Positions 19,040 through 29,354 of a stretch of 64,000 nt of DNA are shown one piece after another. Made by a program: the position numbers and the translations under genes. Where the stretch lies: the IMG/VR virus record IMGVR_UViG_3300021961_000044, positions 1-64,000 of that record; one strand, 5' to 3'. Source of the stretch: a virus. How positions within the stretch are numbered: the stretch's first letter is position 1; each line of letters starts with the position of its first letter. The notes beneath the pieces are model-generated. The model was not told the DNA's origin. It saw only the letters and a program-made list of their open reading frames with translations, and did no database searches.

Positions 19040-20590
19040 ATGGCTGCAATAATCACTGATCAGATAAGAATTTTAAATGCTAGTAATTTTGTTTCTGGTG
19101 TAACGACCGGAACAGATAGTTACTACACTTGGATTGGACTTCCCAATCCAAGTGACTATAAAAGTGACTGGGATGTAAGTCCTCCTTCACCGAAGGACAA
19201 CTTTGACGAAGAGAATGCATATTGGGACAATATGATTGCTCTGAAAAAAATTAATGAATCTGATATCAGACAAGTAGTTACTAAAAGGGTTTGGTCTTCT
19301 GGAACCAAATATGAGATGTACCGTCATGACTATAGCAGAACCAATACTGCTAAAGTTTCTGGTGCATCGAATCTTTATTCGACACCCTTCTATGTTCTAA
19401 ACAGTGATTATAGAGTTTATATTTGTCTTCAAAACGGAACAAGTCCAGAAAACCCATCAGGAAGACCTTCCCTCGATGAACCAAGATTTACAGATTTAGA
19501 ACCAAGAGCAGCTGGAAATAGCGGAGATGGTTATATCTGGAAGTATCTTTATACAATTAAACCATCCGAAATTGTAAAATTTGATTCTACATCATATATG
19601 CCAGTTCCTCAAAACTGGAGTACAAATGCAGACGTATCTCCAGTAAGAGATAATTCTGTCGATGGATCAATTAAGATTGTAACAATTACCAACAGAGGTG
19701 TTGGTGTAGGAACGGCAAACCAAATCTACACCAGAGTTCCTATTAAAGGGGATGGTGCTGGTGGAGAATGCACATTGGTCATCAATAATGATCAGCAAGT
19801 TGAATCAATTACGGTTTCCAATCAAGGAAGCGGATATACTTATGGAAATATTGATTTAGATGCTGGTAATGTTCCAGTTTCTACAACAAAACCTTTGTTT
19901 GATGTTATAATTTCACCTCAAGGTGGACATGGTGCAGACATTTATAGAGAATTGGGAGCAAATAACGTTCTTCTTTATTCTAGAATTGAAAATGATAATG
20001 AAAATCCAGATTTTATCACTGGAAATCAAATCGCAAGATTGGGTCTTGTAAAAAATCCAAAAGTTTATAATTCTTCCCAAATTTTAACCACAGATAAAGC
20101 TAGTTCTGCTTATGCTATTAGACTTACTGGAATTGGATATAGCACGGCAACATTTACAGCAGATTCATATATTACTCAAACAATTGGAACGGGACAAACT
20201 GCTGCTGGAAGAGTGATTAGTTATGATCAAGTAACTGGTGTTCTTAAGTATTGGCAAGATAGAACCGTTGCTGGATTTAATACTGTAGGAACTGCACAAA
20301 GCAATCCTCAATATGGATATGATATGTTTAGATTCACTGCTTCTCCTTCAACCGGAGGATCTTTAAATATTAATGGTGGATCTACTACCCTGTCTATCAG
20401 TACAAACTTTGCGGGTATTTCGACCGTAATAAATAATAAAACCTACTACTTGGGTCAATCTTTTGTCTCTGGTGTGTCTAATCCAGAAGTTCAAAAATAC
20501 TCTGGAGACATTTTGTACGTTGATAACCGACCTGCTATTACAAGGTCGTCTAGTCAAAAAGAAGATATCAAGATCATTTTGCAGTTCTAA
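19040..20590 (+). CDS. gp8: Baseplate wedge subunit gp8
   Basis: MAAIITDQIRILNA...YRVYICLQN...DGYIWKYLYTI...SGDILYVDNRPAITRSSSQKEDIKIILQF. Confidence 0.92.
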   Translation: MAAIITDQIRILNASNFVSGVTTGTDSYYTWIGLPNPSDYKSDWDVSPPSPKDNFDEENAYWDNMIALKKINESDIRQVVTKRVWSSGTKYEMYRHDYSRTNTAKVSGASNLYSTPFYVLNSDYRVYICLQNGTSPENPSGRPSLDEPRFTDLEPRAAGNSGDGYIWKYLYTIKPSEIVKFDSTSYMPVPQNWSTNADVSPVRDNSVDGSIKIVTITNRGVGVGTANQIYTRVPIKGDGAGGECTLVINNDQQVESITVSNQGSGYTYGNIDLDAGNVPVSTTKPLFDVIISPQGGHGADIYRELGANNVLLYSRIENDNENPDFITGNQIARLGLVKNPKVYNSSQILTTDKASSAYAIRLTGIGYSTATFTADSYITQTIGTGQTAAGRVISYDQVTGVLKYWQDRTVAGFNTVGTAQSNPQYGYDMFRFTASPSTGGSLNINGGSTTLSISTNFAGISTVINNKTYYLGQSFVSGVSNPEVQKYSGDILYVDNRPAITRSSSQKEDIKIILQF

Positions 20591-20596
20591 AAAGTC

Positions 20597-23500
20597 ATGC
20601 CACAAGAAATTAACCTTAACGTATCACCATACTTCGACGATTTTGATTCGGGAAAGGATTATTACAAGGTACTTTTTAAACCTGGTTATCCCGTTCAAGC
20701 GAGAGAACTGACCACACTTCAATCTATTCTTCAGAATCAGATTGAACAATTTGGACAATCTTTTTACAAAGAAGGCGCTAAAGTAATTCCGGGTCATTTT
20801 GGATACAATAAGTCTTATTATGCAATAAAAATTGACAATATTTCAAATGGCATTCCTGTAGATGCATATCTTACTGAACTCGTTGGACTTAAAATTACAG
20901 GTAGAAATTCTGGAGTAACAGCTGTTGTTTCTGGATTTTTGTATTCAAATGTTTCAGAAACTTCTAATGCGACCTTATATGTAAATTATCTAGGATCAAG
21001 TACAACTGATAACGCCTCACAATTTTTCAGTGATGGTGAAGATTTGTTTGCAAGCGATTCTATTATTACAGGATCACTCAGTAGTCCAGTAATTGAATCA
21101 GGAGAAACTTTTGCAACAACAATTTCTAATAATGCAAATGCAACTGGATCTTCGTTCTCCATATCAGAGGGAGTATACTTCATACGAGGAAGATTCGTAT
21201 CTGTTAAGGATGAAACTCTAATTTTAGAACAGTATTCATCAAATCCTTCTTATAGAGTCGGTCTTTATGTAAATGAAGAAATCGTAAATGCTGATGAAGA
21301 TGATACTTTAAATGACAATTCTCAAGGATTCAACAATTATTCTTCTCCTGGAGCAGATAGACTTAGAATTACTGTTTCTCTTTATAAAAAACCTTTAGAT
21401 GATAAAGATGATGCTAATTTCGTAGAATTAGTCACTATCAAAGACGGCGTTTTAAGAAGTCAAGAAAAGACAGAACTCTCCAATAGAGTTGGGGATGAAA
21501 TTTCAAGAAGAATTGCTCAAGGAACTGGAGATTATTATATTGATCCATTTTTAGTTTCTGCAAAAGAAACTTTAAATGATCTGAAAGGAAATGATGGTAT
21601 TTTTAGAGAAGGACAACTTACTTCTAATGGTTCAATTCCATCACCAGATTTAGCGACATATCAAATTTCTCCAGGAGCAGCAGTAGTTAGAGGATATGAT
21701 ATAAAAACTATTGCTCCAACTTTTATAGATTTTCCAAAAACAAGAACAACAAAAACTTTAGAAAATCAATCAATAATTTATAATACCGGATCCACACTTG
21801 TTCTGAACAGAGTTTTTGGATCTCCTACTATTGGGGTAGGAAATACTTATGTTTTAAGTTTAAGAAATGAAAGAGTTGGACTTGGATCTACTACTCCTGG
21901 CGGAAAAGAAATCGGGGTAGCAAGAGTATATGATTTCAAGTTAGAATCTGGATCATATGATAGTGAAAATTCAAATTTAAATAGATGGAATATTTCTCTG
22001 TTTGACGTGCAAACAGTAACAGAAATTAATTTAAATGAACCAATCACTTTATCCGTTCCAACCTTTATAAAAGGCAATAAGAGTGGAGCAACAGCTTACT
22101 TAAACAGTTCTGTTGCTGCTGGAACAGCATTAACGGTATATCAGACATCTGGGGATTTTCTTGTAAATGAGACTTTCTCTTTTGATGGAATTTCGAATAC
22201 TAGAGTAGCAACTTCAGTAACTTCATATGGAATGTCGGATGTTAAGTCCGTTTATGGAGTAGTTGGAGCAGCAAATTCTTTCACTGCGGATGTTTTACAG
22301 ACACCTTCTTTATCCATCGGAATCGCAACTATCAGTGCTATCGATGTAGAAACAGGGTTTAGTTCAATTCGTTCTTCGAATGAATTTTTCCCAGGATCAA
22401 TATCTATCAATAATCTTGTAAGATTTACTGATACATCTCTTCCAAATCCAGTTATCGCTAGAGTTGTTAGTGTAGGAACTACTCATGTAGTAATTGCAGG
22501 AGTTGCCACAGTAACAGGAATTACATCAAGCAAACTTCCAGATTCTACTCTTCAAGTAACTGATTTAACATATCTTACAACAAAATTAGGCGATTCTACA
22601 GACAATACTCTTTATACTAGACTCGCTAGAAAAAATATTTCAAATGTTTCTATAAACAATACTAATTTGACTGTACGAAAAACATACAGTAATTTGATTA
22701 TTGATGCAACTAAAAAATTATCCACTACTGTAAGTGCTGGAACAGATCTTCAATTTTTACCTTTTGATGAAGAAAGATATACACTGTTTAGATCTGATGG
22801 AACATATGAAGTATTGACATCTGATAAATTCGAATTTAGTTCTGACGCAAAAGAACTGCAAATTTATAATTTAAGTGGTTCAAATACTGGAGCGACCTTA
22901 GTTGCTACTCTCACAAAAACTAAAGTAAAAGAAAAAGTAAAAAGAAAAAATAGAGTAGGAACGCTTTTGATTCCATACTCAAATAACTCTGCTTCTGGTG
23001 TAGGAACTACTTCCATCAATGATGGTCTTACATATGGCAATTATCCATATGGAACAAGAGTACAGGATAAAGAAATTTCGTTGAATGTTGGAGATGCTAC
23101 GGATGTTTTGGGTGTTTTCGAGTCATTTGGAACTTCTGAACCTTTTGCTCCTCAAATGACTTTAGTCACCATTTCTGGACCAAGCAGCAAAACTTCTGAT
23201 TTGGTTATTGGTGAAGAGTTTGTTGGTCAGTCCAGCGGAGCAGTTGGAATGGTAGCAGAAAGAATAGATGATAATACTATTTCTTTCATCAGTCTGAATG
23301 AAATTGGATTCGCTGAAGGAGAAACTGTAATTTTTGATGAAACCGAAATTCAATCGGTAATTTCTAGTTTAACAACATCTAGCATTAATATTTCGAATAA
23401 CTATACATTCAAAAATGGTCAAACTGGCACTATTTTGGGTCATAGTTCCATCATTAGATCACAAAAATATGCTGCTCCAACAAGAAAGTTAAAAATTTAC

Positions 23501-26500
23501 TATACTAATGGATTTTTTGAATCTTCTGATGATGGAGATTTCGTAACTGCAAATTCTTATAAAGAATTTAACTATACAAATGATATCCAGTTTATAGGAA
23601 ACTCAAGAAATACTGATATTATTGACATTAGACCAAAAGTAACGAATTATAATGTATCTGAAGGTTCAAGATCTCCTCTTGAATTCCATGGAAGAACATT
23701 TGGATCTACAGGCAATAGTGCATCAAACGTTCTTGCGTCTGATGAAGCAATTACTTTGAATTATTCTTATTATGTTGGAAGAATTGATAGAATTTTCTTA
23801 TCTAAAGATGGCAAATTCCAAGTAAAATATGGAATTCCTTCAGATAAACCAGAAAAACCAGTAAACGTAGATGATGCTATCGAGATTTGTCAAGCAACAA
23901 TACCACCATATCTTTATGATGTGAAAAATGTATCTTTTAGCTTCTTACAGCATAAGAGATATACAATGAAAGATATTAAGAGACTTGAGGATAGAATCAG
24001 GAATCTTGAGTACTATACCACTCTTTCATTGCTAGAAACTGATACTAACAACTTGTTTATCGCTGACAATGAAGGTTTAAATAAATTTAAATCTGGTTTC
24101 TTTGTTGATAATTTCTCAACATTGCAACCACAAGATACAAGTAAAGAAGTTAAAAACGCAATTGATTATATTGCAAGAGAAGTAAGACCATCTCACTATA
24201 CAACATCTATAGATCTTCAGCCATATCCAACAAAACTGTCGTCTGAAGATTTGAGATTTAAACAACCAACTGGAGTTAATATTAGAAGAGGAGAAGATGT
24301 TGTAACTCTTGATTATTCCGAAACAGAATGGTTGAAGCAACCATATGCAACCAAGTCCGAAAGCGTAACTCCTTTTATTCTTAATTTCTGGGAAGGAACA
24401 ATCGCATTAACACCTTCATCTGACGTTTGGGTTGATCAAAAGAGAATTGATGCTAAAATTATTGAGGCTCAAGGAAATTATAATGAAACTCTTCAAAATG
24501 CTGTAGAAAATCTTGGCATTGATCCTCAAACCGGTCTTGCTCCAGTTGTTTGGAATTCTTGGGAAACTTTCTGGACAGGAAGAGAAGTTATTGGTGGAGA
24601 AAGAACTGTAACTAGATCTTTTGGTGGAGAATGGAGAGGAAACTTAGGGGGAGGTTGGAGCATTGCTGCTTATGGCACCAGAACCACTCAAGTTATTAGA
24701 GAACAAATTCAAGAAACTATTGATACTGGATATAAGACCAGAACTGGTACACAACAGCAATTTGTAGAGCAATGGGATAATACTTCTGTTGGTGATAGAG
24801 TTGTAAGTAAAGACTTGATCACAAGTATGAGATCAAGAAACATTACTGTTGACGGAAGAAGATTCAAACCTAAGACTAGAGTTTATGCTTTCTTTGATGG
24901 TGTTGATGTTACCAAGTTTGTTACACCAAAACTACTTGAAATCGACATGATTTCTGGTTCTTTCCAAGTCGGAGAAAAGGTAGTTGGAACTACTAGAGCA
25001 ACTGGTCTTGGGGAAGAAAAAGATAAATCCAAACCATACATTAAGTTTAGATTAGCAACTCCAAATCATAGAGAAGGTGAATATAATGCTCCAACTGTGG
25101 TTTACCCCATCAATCCGTATACTGATGAGGCAATGCCAACTGTATATTCGTCAACATCAACTATTCTTAACGTAGATACTTATTCTTTGTCCAACCAGAT
25201 AGATGGAGAATATTACGGATTTGGCGAAACTGGAATGATCCTAAAAGGAGAAACCAGTGGTGCTCAAGCAGTAATTTCAAACATGAGATTGGTGAGCGAC
25301 ATTGCTGCAAATGTACAAGGAAGTTTCTTTATTCCAGATGGTGATGTAATTGGATTCCCTAGATTTGAAACTGGATCAAAGACCTTTGAACTTAGCAGTG
25401 ACAATTCAAACAATAGAGATCTTTCAAGTACTCATGGAGTCGAAACCTTCATATCTTCTGGAACATTAGAAACTGTTCAAGAAAATATTATTTCTGTTAG
25501 AAATGCAAGAATTGAAACTATAGAAACATCTCAAACCGAAGATGTAAGAAGAACCACAGGAACGGTTGTTGTTGATTCTCAAGTTATTTCGCAATCAAGC
25601 AGACAGGTTATTATTGGTTATTATGACCCTCTTGCACAAACCTTCTTTGTTGAAGATGAAACTGGAATATTCTTATCAAAAGTAGATCTTTACTTCAGAA
25701 CTAAGGATGATGCAGATATTCCTGTTGGTGTTCAAATCAGAACCACTAAACTTGGAACACCAACACAAACTGTTCTTCCTTTCTCGGAAGTTTACTTAGA
25801 TCCTGCAAATGTAAATGTTTCTAATGATGCATCTGTCCCAACAACATTTACATTCCCAGCTCCAGTCTATTTGGATGGTCAAACAGAATACGCTGTTGTA
25901 GTAAGATCAAATTCCGCAAAATATAGTGTATTCATCTCTAGAGTTGGCGAAAATGATCTTATTTCTCAAGAATTTGTTGCCCAACAACCTTATCTTGGAT
26001 CTCTATTCAAATCACAAAACTCTTCTGTTTGGGAACCTTCTCAATGGGAAGATCTTAAGTTTACACTTTATAGAGCAGAATTTGTAGAGAATGGAACTCT
26101 TGAATTCTTCAATCCAACTCTTTCTGTTGGAAATGGTCAAGTCGCACCGCTCATTTCAAACCCAATTTCCTTAGAATCTAGAAGAATTAGACTCGGAATA
26201 ACATCTGCACTCTTAGATTCTGATCTAACCCTCGGCAATACTATTATTCAGAAAAATTCCAATGCTTCTGGAAAATATGTCGGCGGATCTGGTATTTCTA
26301 CAGGAACTCTGCAAGTAATAAATCCAGGTATAGGATATACTCCTTCTGCAGTTGATGGCGGTAGTTATACATTTACGGGAATTGCTTTAACATCTATCAC
26401 TGGAAACGGAATTAATGCAACTGCAGATATTCAAGTATCTGGTGGAATTGTTCAAAGTGCTACTATCGTAAATGGAGGAAATGGATATGTTGTTGGTGAT

Positions 26501-28060
26501 GTAGTTGGAGTATCTTCTCTTGGAAATTCTCCAGCAGGATCTAATTTAAGACTTTCTATTGTATCTATCGCAAGTACAACAGAACTTATACTTGAAAATG
26601 TACAGGGAGACTTTACAACTGGTACTGGATCAACTATCCAATATATTAATAATAGTCTTACCACTGTTGATATGAATAGTTCTAGTGGTGGTGGAGTGGA
26701 GGCAAATCTCGTTACTATCGAAAATACTGGTCTTTCATTCAAGGTAAATCATAAAAACCATGGCATGAATTTTGCAGGAAATAAGGTCATTATTTCTAAT
26801 GTACAATCTGATGTAGCTCCTACAAAATTAACTTCCCCATATTCTATTGATTCAACTGACCCAATTTCTGTAGAATCGTCATCTAATTTTGGTTTATTTG
26901 AAAATGTTGGTGTCGGCACAACAAATATAGGTTATGTTGTTATTGGTGATGAAGTTATTTCGTATACTAGTACTAGTGCAAATCAAATCGGCGGTGGAAT
27001 TGTTAGAGCTATTTCTGGAAACAGTAAAAATTATCCAGCAGGAACACCAGTTTATAAGTATGAATTAGGTGGAGTTTCGCTTAGAAGAATTAACAAACAA
27101 CATGACGTATCCTCGTCTAACATTGAATTTGATTCTTACTATATTGATCTTGATATGTCTTCTAATGGCACAGATAGAACCGTTGGAACAAGTTATCCCA
27201 AATTGTACTTGGGAGAGCAAAAATCTGCTGGAGGAAAGACAGTAAAAGCAACACAAAATATTGCTTATGAAATAATTTCTCCAATGCTTCAGAATACAAC
27301 TGTAAGGGGAACTTCTCTCAATGCTCAAATAAGAACAGTTACGGGACAAAGTATTGATGGATCAGAACAAACATTTGTCGATAAAGGATTTGAGAGTGTA
27401 ACTATCAATCAAACAAATTATCTTGATAGTCAAAGACTTATTTGCTCAGAAGTTAATGAAAATGAATTTTTATCAACTTTACCGAACAGCAAATCTTTCA
27501 ACATGAGAGTTTTACTTGGAACAACTGATTCTAGAATTAGTCCAGTTATAGATCTTCAGAGATCAAATATAATTCTAACATCTAATAGAGTTAATGCTCC
27601 TATTACCGATTACGCAAATGATCCAAGAGTAAACACTATTGATGAAGATCCTACTGCATTCCAATATCTTTCCAAAGAAAATAGACTCCAAACTCCAGCT
27701 TCTTCAATTAGAATCATTCTTGACGCGCATGTCAACGTTTTCAGTGATATTCGTGCTTTCTATGCAGTTGGAACAGAAGAAAACTTTGTACCTGTCTTTA
27801 CTCCATTCCCAGGATGGAATAATATAAATGGCATTGGAAACGTTATTGATCCATCCTTAAATGATGGGAAACCATCTCAGTTTGTATCACAATCTTCATC
27901 ATTAGGATTTACTCCTAATGAAATAGAATACAAAGAATATCAATTTGAAGTTAATAATTTGCCAGACTTTAGATTGTATAGAATAAAATTAGTATTAACC
28001 TCTACAAATCAAGCATATCCACCAAGATTTAAAAATCTAAGAGTGATTGCTCTTGCCTGA
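20597..28060 (+). CDS. Large virion structural protein (VrlC-like / DUF4815-type), 2487 aa
   Basis: MPQEINLNVSPYFDDFD...VLFKPGYPVQARELTTLQS; PGADRL; RYTMKDIKRLEDRIRNLEYYTTLSLLE; YDPLAQTF. Confidence 0.85.
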   Translation: MPQEINLNVSPYFDDFDSGKDYYKVLFKPGYPVQARELTTLQSILQNQIEQFGQSFYKEGAKVIPGHFGYNKSYYAIKIDNISNGIPVDAYLTELVGLKITGRNSGVTAVVSGFLYSNVSETSNATLYVNYLGSSTTDNASQFFSDGEDLFASDSIITGSLSSPVIESGETFATTISNNANATGSSFSISEGVYFIRGRFVSVKDETLILEQYSSNPSYRVGLYVNEEIVNADEDDTLNDNSQGFNNYSSPGADRLRITVSLYKKPLDDKDDANFVELVTIKDGVLRSQEKTELSNRVGDEISRRIAQGTGDYYIDPFLVSAKETLNDLKGNDGIFREGQLTSNGSIPSPDLATYQISPGAAVVRGYDIKTIAPTFIDFPKTRTTKTLENQSIIYNTGSTLVLNRVFGSPTIGVGNTYVLSLRNERVGLGSTTPGGKEIGVARVYDFKLESGSYDSENSNLNRWNISLFDVQTVTEINLNEPITLSVPTFIKGNKSGATAYLNSSVAAGTALTVYQTSGDFLVNETFSFDGISNTRVATSVTSYGMSDVKSVYGVVGAANSFTADVLQTPSLSIGIATISAIDVETGFSSIRSSNEFFPGSISINNLVRFTDTSLPNPVIARVVSVGTTHVVIAGVATVTGITSSKLPDSTLQVTDLTYLTTKLGDSTDNTLYTRLARKNISNVSINNTNLTVRKTYSNLIIDATKKLSTTVSAGTDLQFLPFDEERYTLFRSDGTYEVLTSDKFEFSSDAKELQIYNLSGSNTGATLVATLTKTKVKEKVKRKNRVGTLLIPYSNNSASGVGTTSINDGLTYGNYPYGTRVQDKEISLNVGDATDVLGVFESFGTSEPFAPQMTLVTISGPSSKTSDLVIGEEFVGQSSGAVGMVAERIDDNTISFISLNEIGFAEGETVIFDETEIQSVISSLTTSSINISNNYTFKNGQTGTILGHSSIIRSQKYAAPTRKLKIYYTNGFFESSDDGDFVTANSYKEFNYTNDIQFIGNSRNTDIIDIRPKVTNYNVSEGSRSPLEFHGRTFGSTGNSASNVLASDEAITLNYSYYVGRIDRIFLSKDGKFQVKYGIPSDKPEKPVNVDDAIEICQATIPPYLYDVKNVSFSFLQHKRYTMKDIKRLEDRIRNLEYYTTLSLLETDTNNLFIADNEGLNKFKSGFFVDNFSTLQPQDTSKEVKNAIDYIAREVRPSHYTTSIDLQPYPTKLSSEDLRFKQPTGVNIRRGEDVVTLDYSETEWLKQPYATKSESVTPFILNFWEGTIALTPSSDVWVDQKRIDAKIIEAQGNYNETLQNAVENLGIDPQTGLAPVVWNSWETFWTGREVIGGERTVTRSFGGEWRGNLGGGWSIAAYGTRTTQVIREQIQETIDTGYKTRTGTQQQFVEQWDNTSVGDRVVSKDLITSMRSRNITVDGRRFKPKTRVYAFFDGVDVTKFVTPKLLEIDMISGSFQVGEKVVGTTRATGLGEEKDKSKPYIKFRLATPNHREGEYNAPTVVYPINPYTDEAMPTVYSSTSTILNVDTYSLSNQIDGEYYGFGETGMILKGETSGAQAVISNMRLVSDIAANVQGSFFIPDGDVIGFPRFETGSKTFELSSDNSNNRDLSSTHGVETFISSGTLETVQENIISVRNARIETIETSQTEDVRRTTGTVVVDSQVISQSSRQVIIGYYDPLAQTFFVEDETGIFLSKVDLYFRTKDDADIPVGVQIRTTKLGTPTQTVLPFSEVYLDPANVNVSNDASVPTTFTFPAPVYLDGQTEYAVVVRSNSAKYSVFISRVGENDLISQEFVAQQPYLGSLFKSQNSSVWEPSQWEDLKFTLYRAEFVENGTLEFFNPTLSVGNGQVAPLISNPISLESRRIRLGITSALLDSDLTLGNTIIQKNSNASGKYVGGSGISTGTLQVINPGIGYTPSAVDGGSYTFTGIALTSITGNGINATADIQVSGGIVQSATIVNGGNGYVVGDVVGVSSLGNSPAGSNLRLSIVSIASTTELILENVQGDFTTGTGSTIQYINNSLTTVDMNSSSGGGVEANLVTIENTGLSFKVNHKNHGMNFAGNKVIISNVQSDVAPTKLTSPYSIDSTDPISVESSSNFGLFENVGVGTTNIGYVVIGDEVISYTSTSANQIGGGIVRAISGNSKNYPAGTPVYKYELGGVSLRRINKQHDVSSSNIEFDSYYIDLDMSSNGTDRTVGTSYPKLYLGEQKSAGGKTVKATQNIAYEIISPMLQNTTVRGTSLNAQIRTVTGQSIDGSEQTFVDKGFESVTINQTNYLDSQRLICSEVNENEFLSTLPNSKSFNMRVLLGTTDSRISPVIDLQRSNIILTSNRVNAPITDYANDPRVNTIDEDPTAFQYLSKENRLQTPASSIRIILDAHVNVFSDIRAFYAVGTEENFVPVFTPFPGWNNINGIGNVIDPSLNDGKPSQFVSQSSSLGFTPNEIEYKEYQFEVNNLPDFRLYRIKLVLTSTNQAYPPRFKNLRVIALA

Positions 28061-28065
28061 TAGTT

Positions 28066-28299
28066 ATGGATTATATTAAAGTTGAGGGTCACTCAAATTT
28101 AAAGAGAGACCCTCATACAAATTCCATCATCAATGATAATATGAAAGAATATAATGAATATATGAAAAGAAAAAACCTTAAATCTAAAGAGACTGATAAG
28201 ATACAAAACATTGAGGATGATCTTGCTAGAATTAAGGATGATATGGATGAATTAAAAACCTTAATAAGGAGTCTTATCAATGGATCCAGACAAAATTGA
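28066..28299 (+). CDS. Conserved small coiled-coil protein, 77 aa
   Basis: IKVEGHSNLKRDPHTNSIIN plus a C-terminal heptad region; usual position after the VrlC-like gene. Confidence 0.8.
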   Translation: MDYIKVEGHSNLKRDPHTNSIINDNMKEYNEYMKRKNLKSKETDKIQNIEDDLARIKDDMDELKTLIRSLINGSRQN

Positions 28300-28456
28300 A
28301 CTCACAAATTTAAATAAATCTTTGACATATGTCAAATCTGCAAGAGAGATTGATAAAGTAGATGACATAGAAGTGTTGAGAAACATTGCTAAAACATATG
28401 TCAAATTATATCTTAAGCAACAAGAAGTTCTTGCTTTTATCGGTGTTCCTGGGTAA
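28280..28456 (+). CDS. 58-aa two-helix protein, possibly NblA-like (MDPDKIELTNLNKSLTYVKSAREIDKVDDIEVLRNIAKTYVKLYLKQQEVLAFIGVPG)
   Basis: TAAGGAG RBS at 28265-28271, ATG 28280 to TAA 28456; absent from the ORF track. The ORF is well supported; the NblA call rests on by-eye pattern only. Confidence 0.6.
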   Translation: MDPDKIELTNLNKSLTYVKSAREIDKVDDIEVLRNIAKTYVKLYLKQQEVLAFIGVPG

Positions 28457-28468
28457 GAAAACATCGAC

Positions 28469-28476
28469 CATAAATA
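28469..28476 (+). promoter_or_regulatory. Late promoter
   Basis: CATAAATA 19 nt upstream of gp13. Confidence 0.65.
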
Positions 28477-28495
28477 CTCAAAAAGTGTTGAATAA

Positions 28496-29350
28496 ATGGC
28501 ACAGCCTACGACTAGAGCAACTTTGATAGAATACTGCAAGAGAAAACTGGGTGCTCCAGTTTTGGAAATTAACGTTGCCGATGAGCAAATTGATGATCTT
28601 GTAGACGATGCTATACAGTTTTTCCAAGAAAGACATTTTGATGGCGTCTATCAAACGTATTATAAGTATAAAATAACTCAATCTGATATTGATAGAGGTA
28701 GAAGTAGAGGTGGATCTAATACTGCGGTAGGAATCGCAACCACCACTGCATCTACTACTATTGCTGGAGATAGTTCCGCAACTACATTTACTTTTGAGGA
28801 AAATAGCAACTATTTACAAGTTCCCCCCAATATAATTGGTGTAAATAAAATTTTTAAGTTCGATGGTAGCAATACTATCACCAATAACATGTTTAGTATT
28901 AAATATCAACTGTTCTTGAATGATATTTACTACTGGGGGAGCACAGAACTTCTTTCATACTCCATGGTAAAGTCATATCTAGAAGATATTGATTTTTTAC
29001 TCAATACTGAAAAACAAGTAAGATTTAATAAGAGACAAGATAGATTATATTTAGATATTGATTGGGCATCAGCTACGACAAATGATTATATCGTCATTGA
29101 TTCCTATAGCACATTAAACCCAAATGATTATTCTAGAGTTTGGAATGATTCATTCCTCAAACTTTATTTGACGGCTTTGATTAAAAAACAGTGGGGACAA
29201 AATTTAATCAAATTCCAAGGAGTTAAACTTCCTGGAGGAGTCGAATTAAATGGTAGACAAATATATGATGACGCACAAAAAGAATTGGATGTCATTATGG
29301 AAAAAATGTCCAATACCTATGAACTTCCTCCAATGGATATGATCGGATAG
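28496..29350 (+). CDS. gp13: Neck protein gp13
   Basis: LIEYCKRKLGAPVLEINVADEQIDD...KKQWGQNLIKFQGVKLPGGVELNG. Confidence 0.95.
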   Translation: MAQPTTRATLIEYCKRKLGAPVLEINVADEQIDDLVDDAIQFFQERHFDGVYQTYYKYKITQSDIDRGRSRGGSNTAVGIATTTASTTIAGDSSATTFTFEENSNYLQVPPNIIGVNKIFKFDGSNTITNNMFSIKYQLFLNDIYYWGSTELLSYSMVKSYLEDIDFLLNTEKQVRFNKRQDRLYLDIDWASATTNDYIVIDSYSTLNPNDYSRVWNDSFLKLYLTALIKKQWGQNLIKFQGVKLPGGVELNGRQIYDDAQKELDVIMEKMSNTYELPPMDMIG

Positions 29351-29354
29351 TCAT

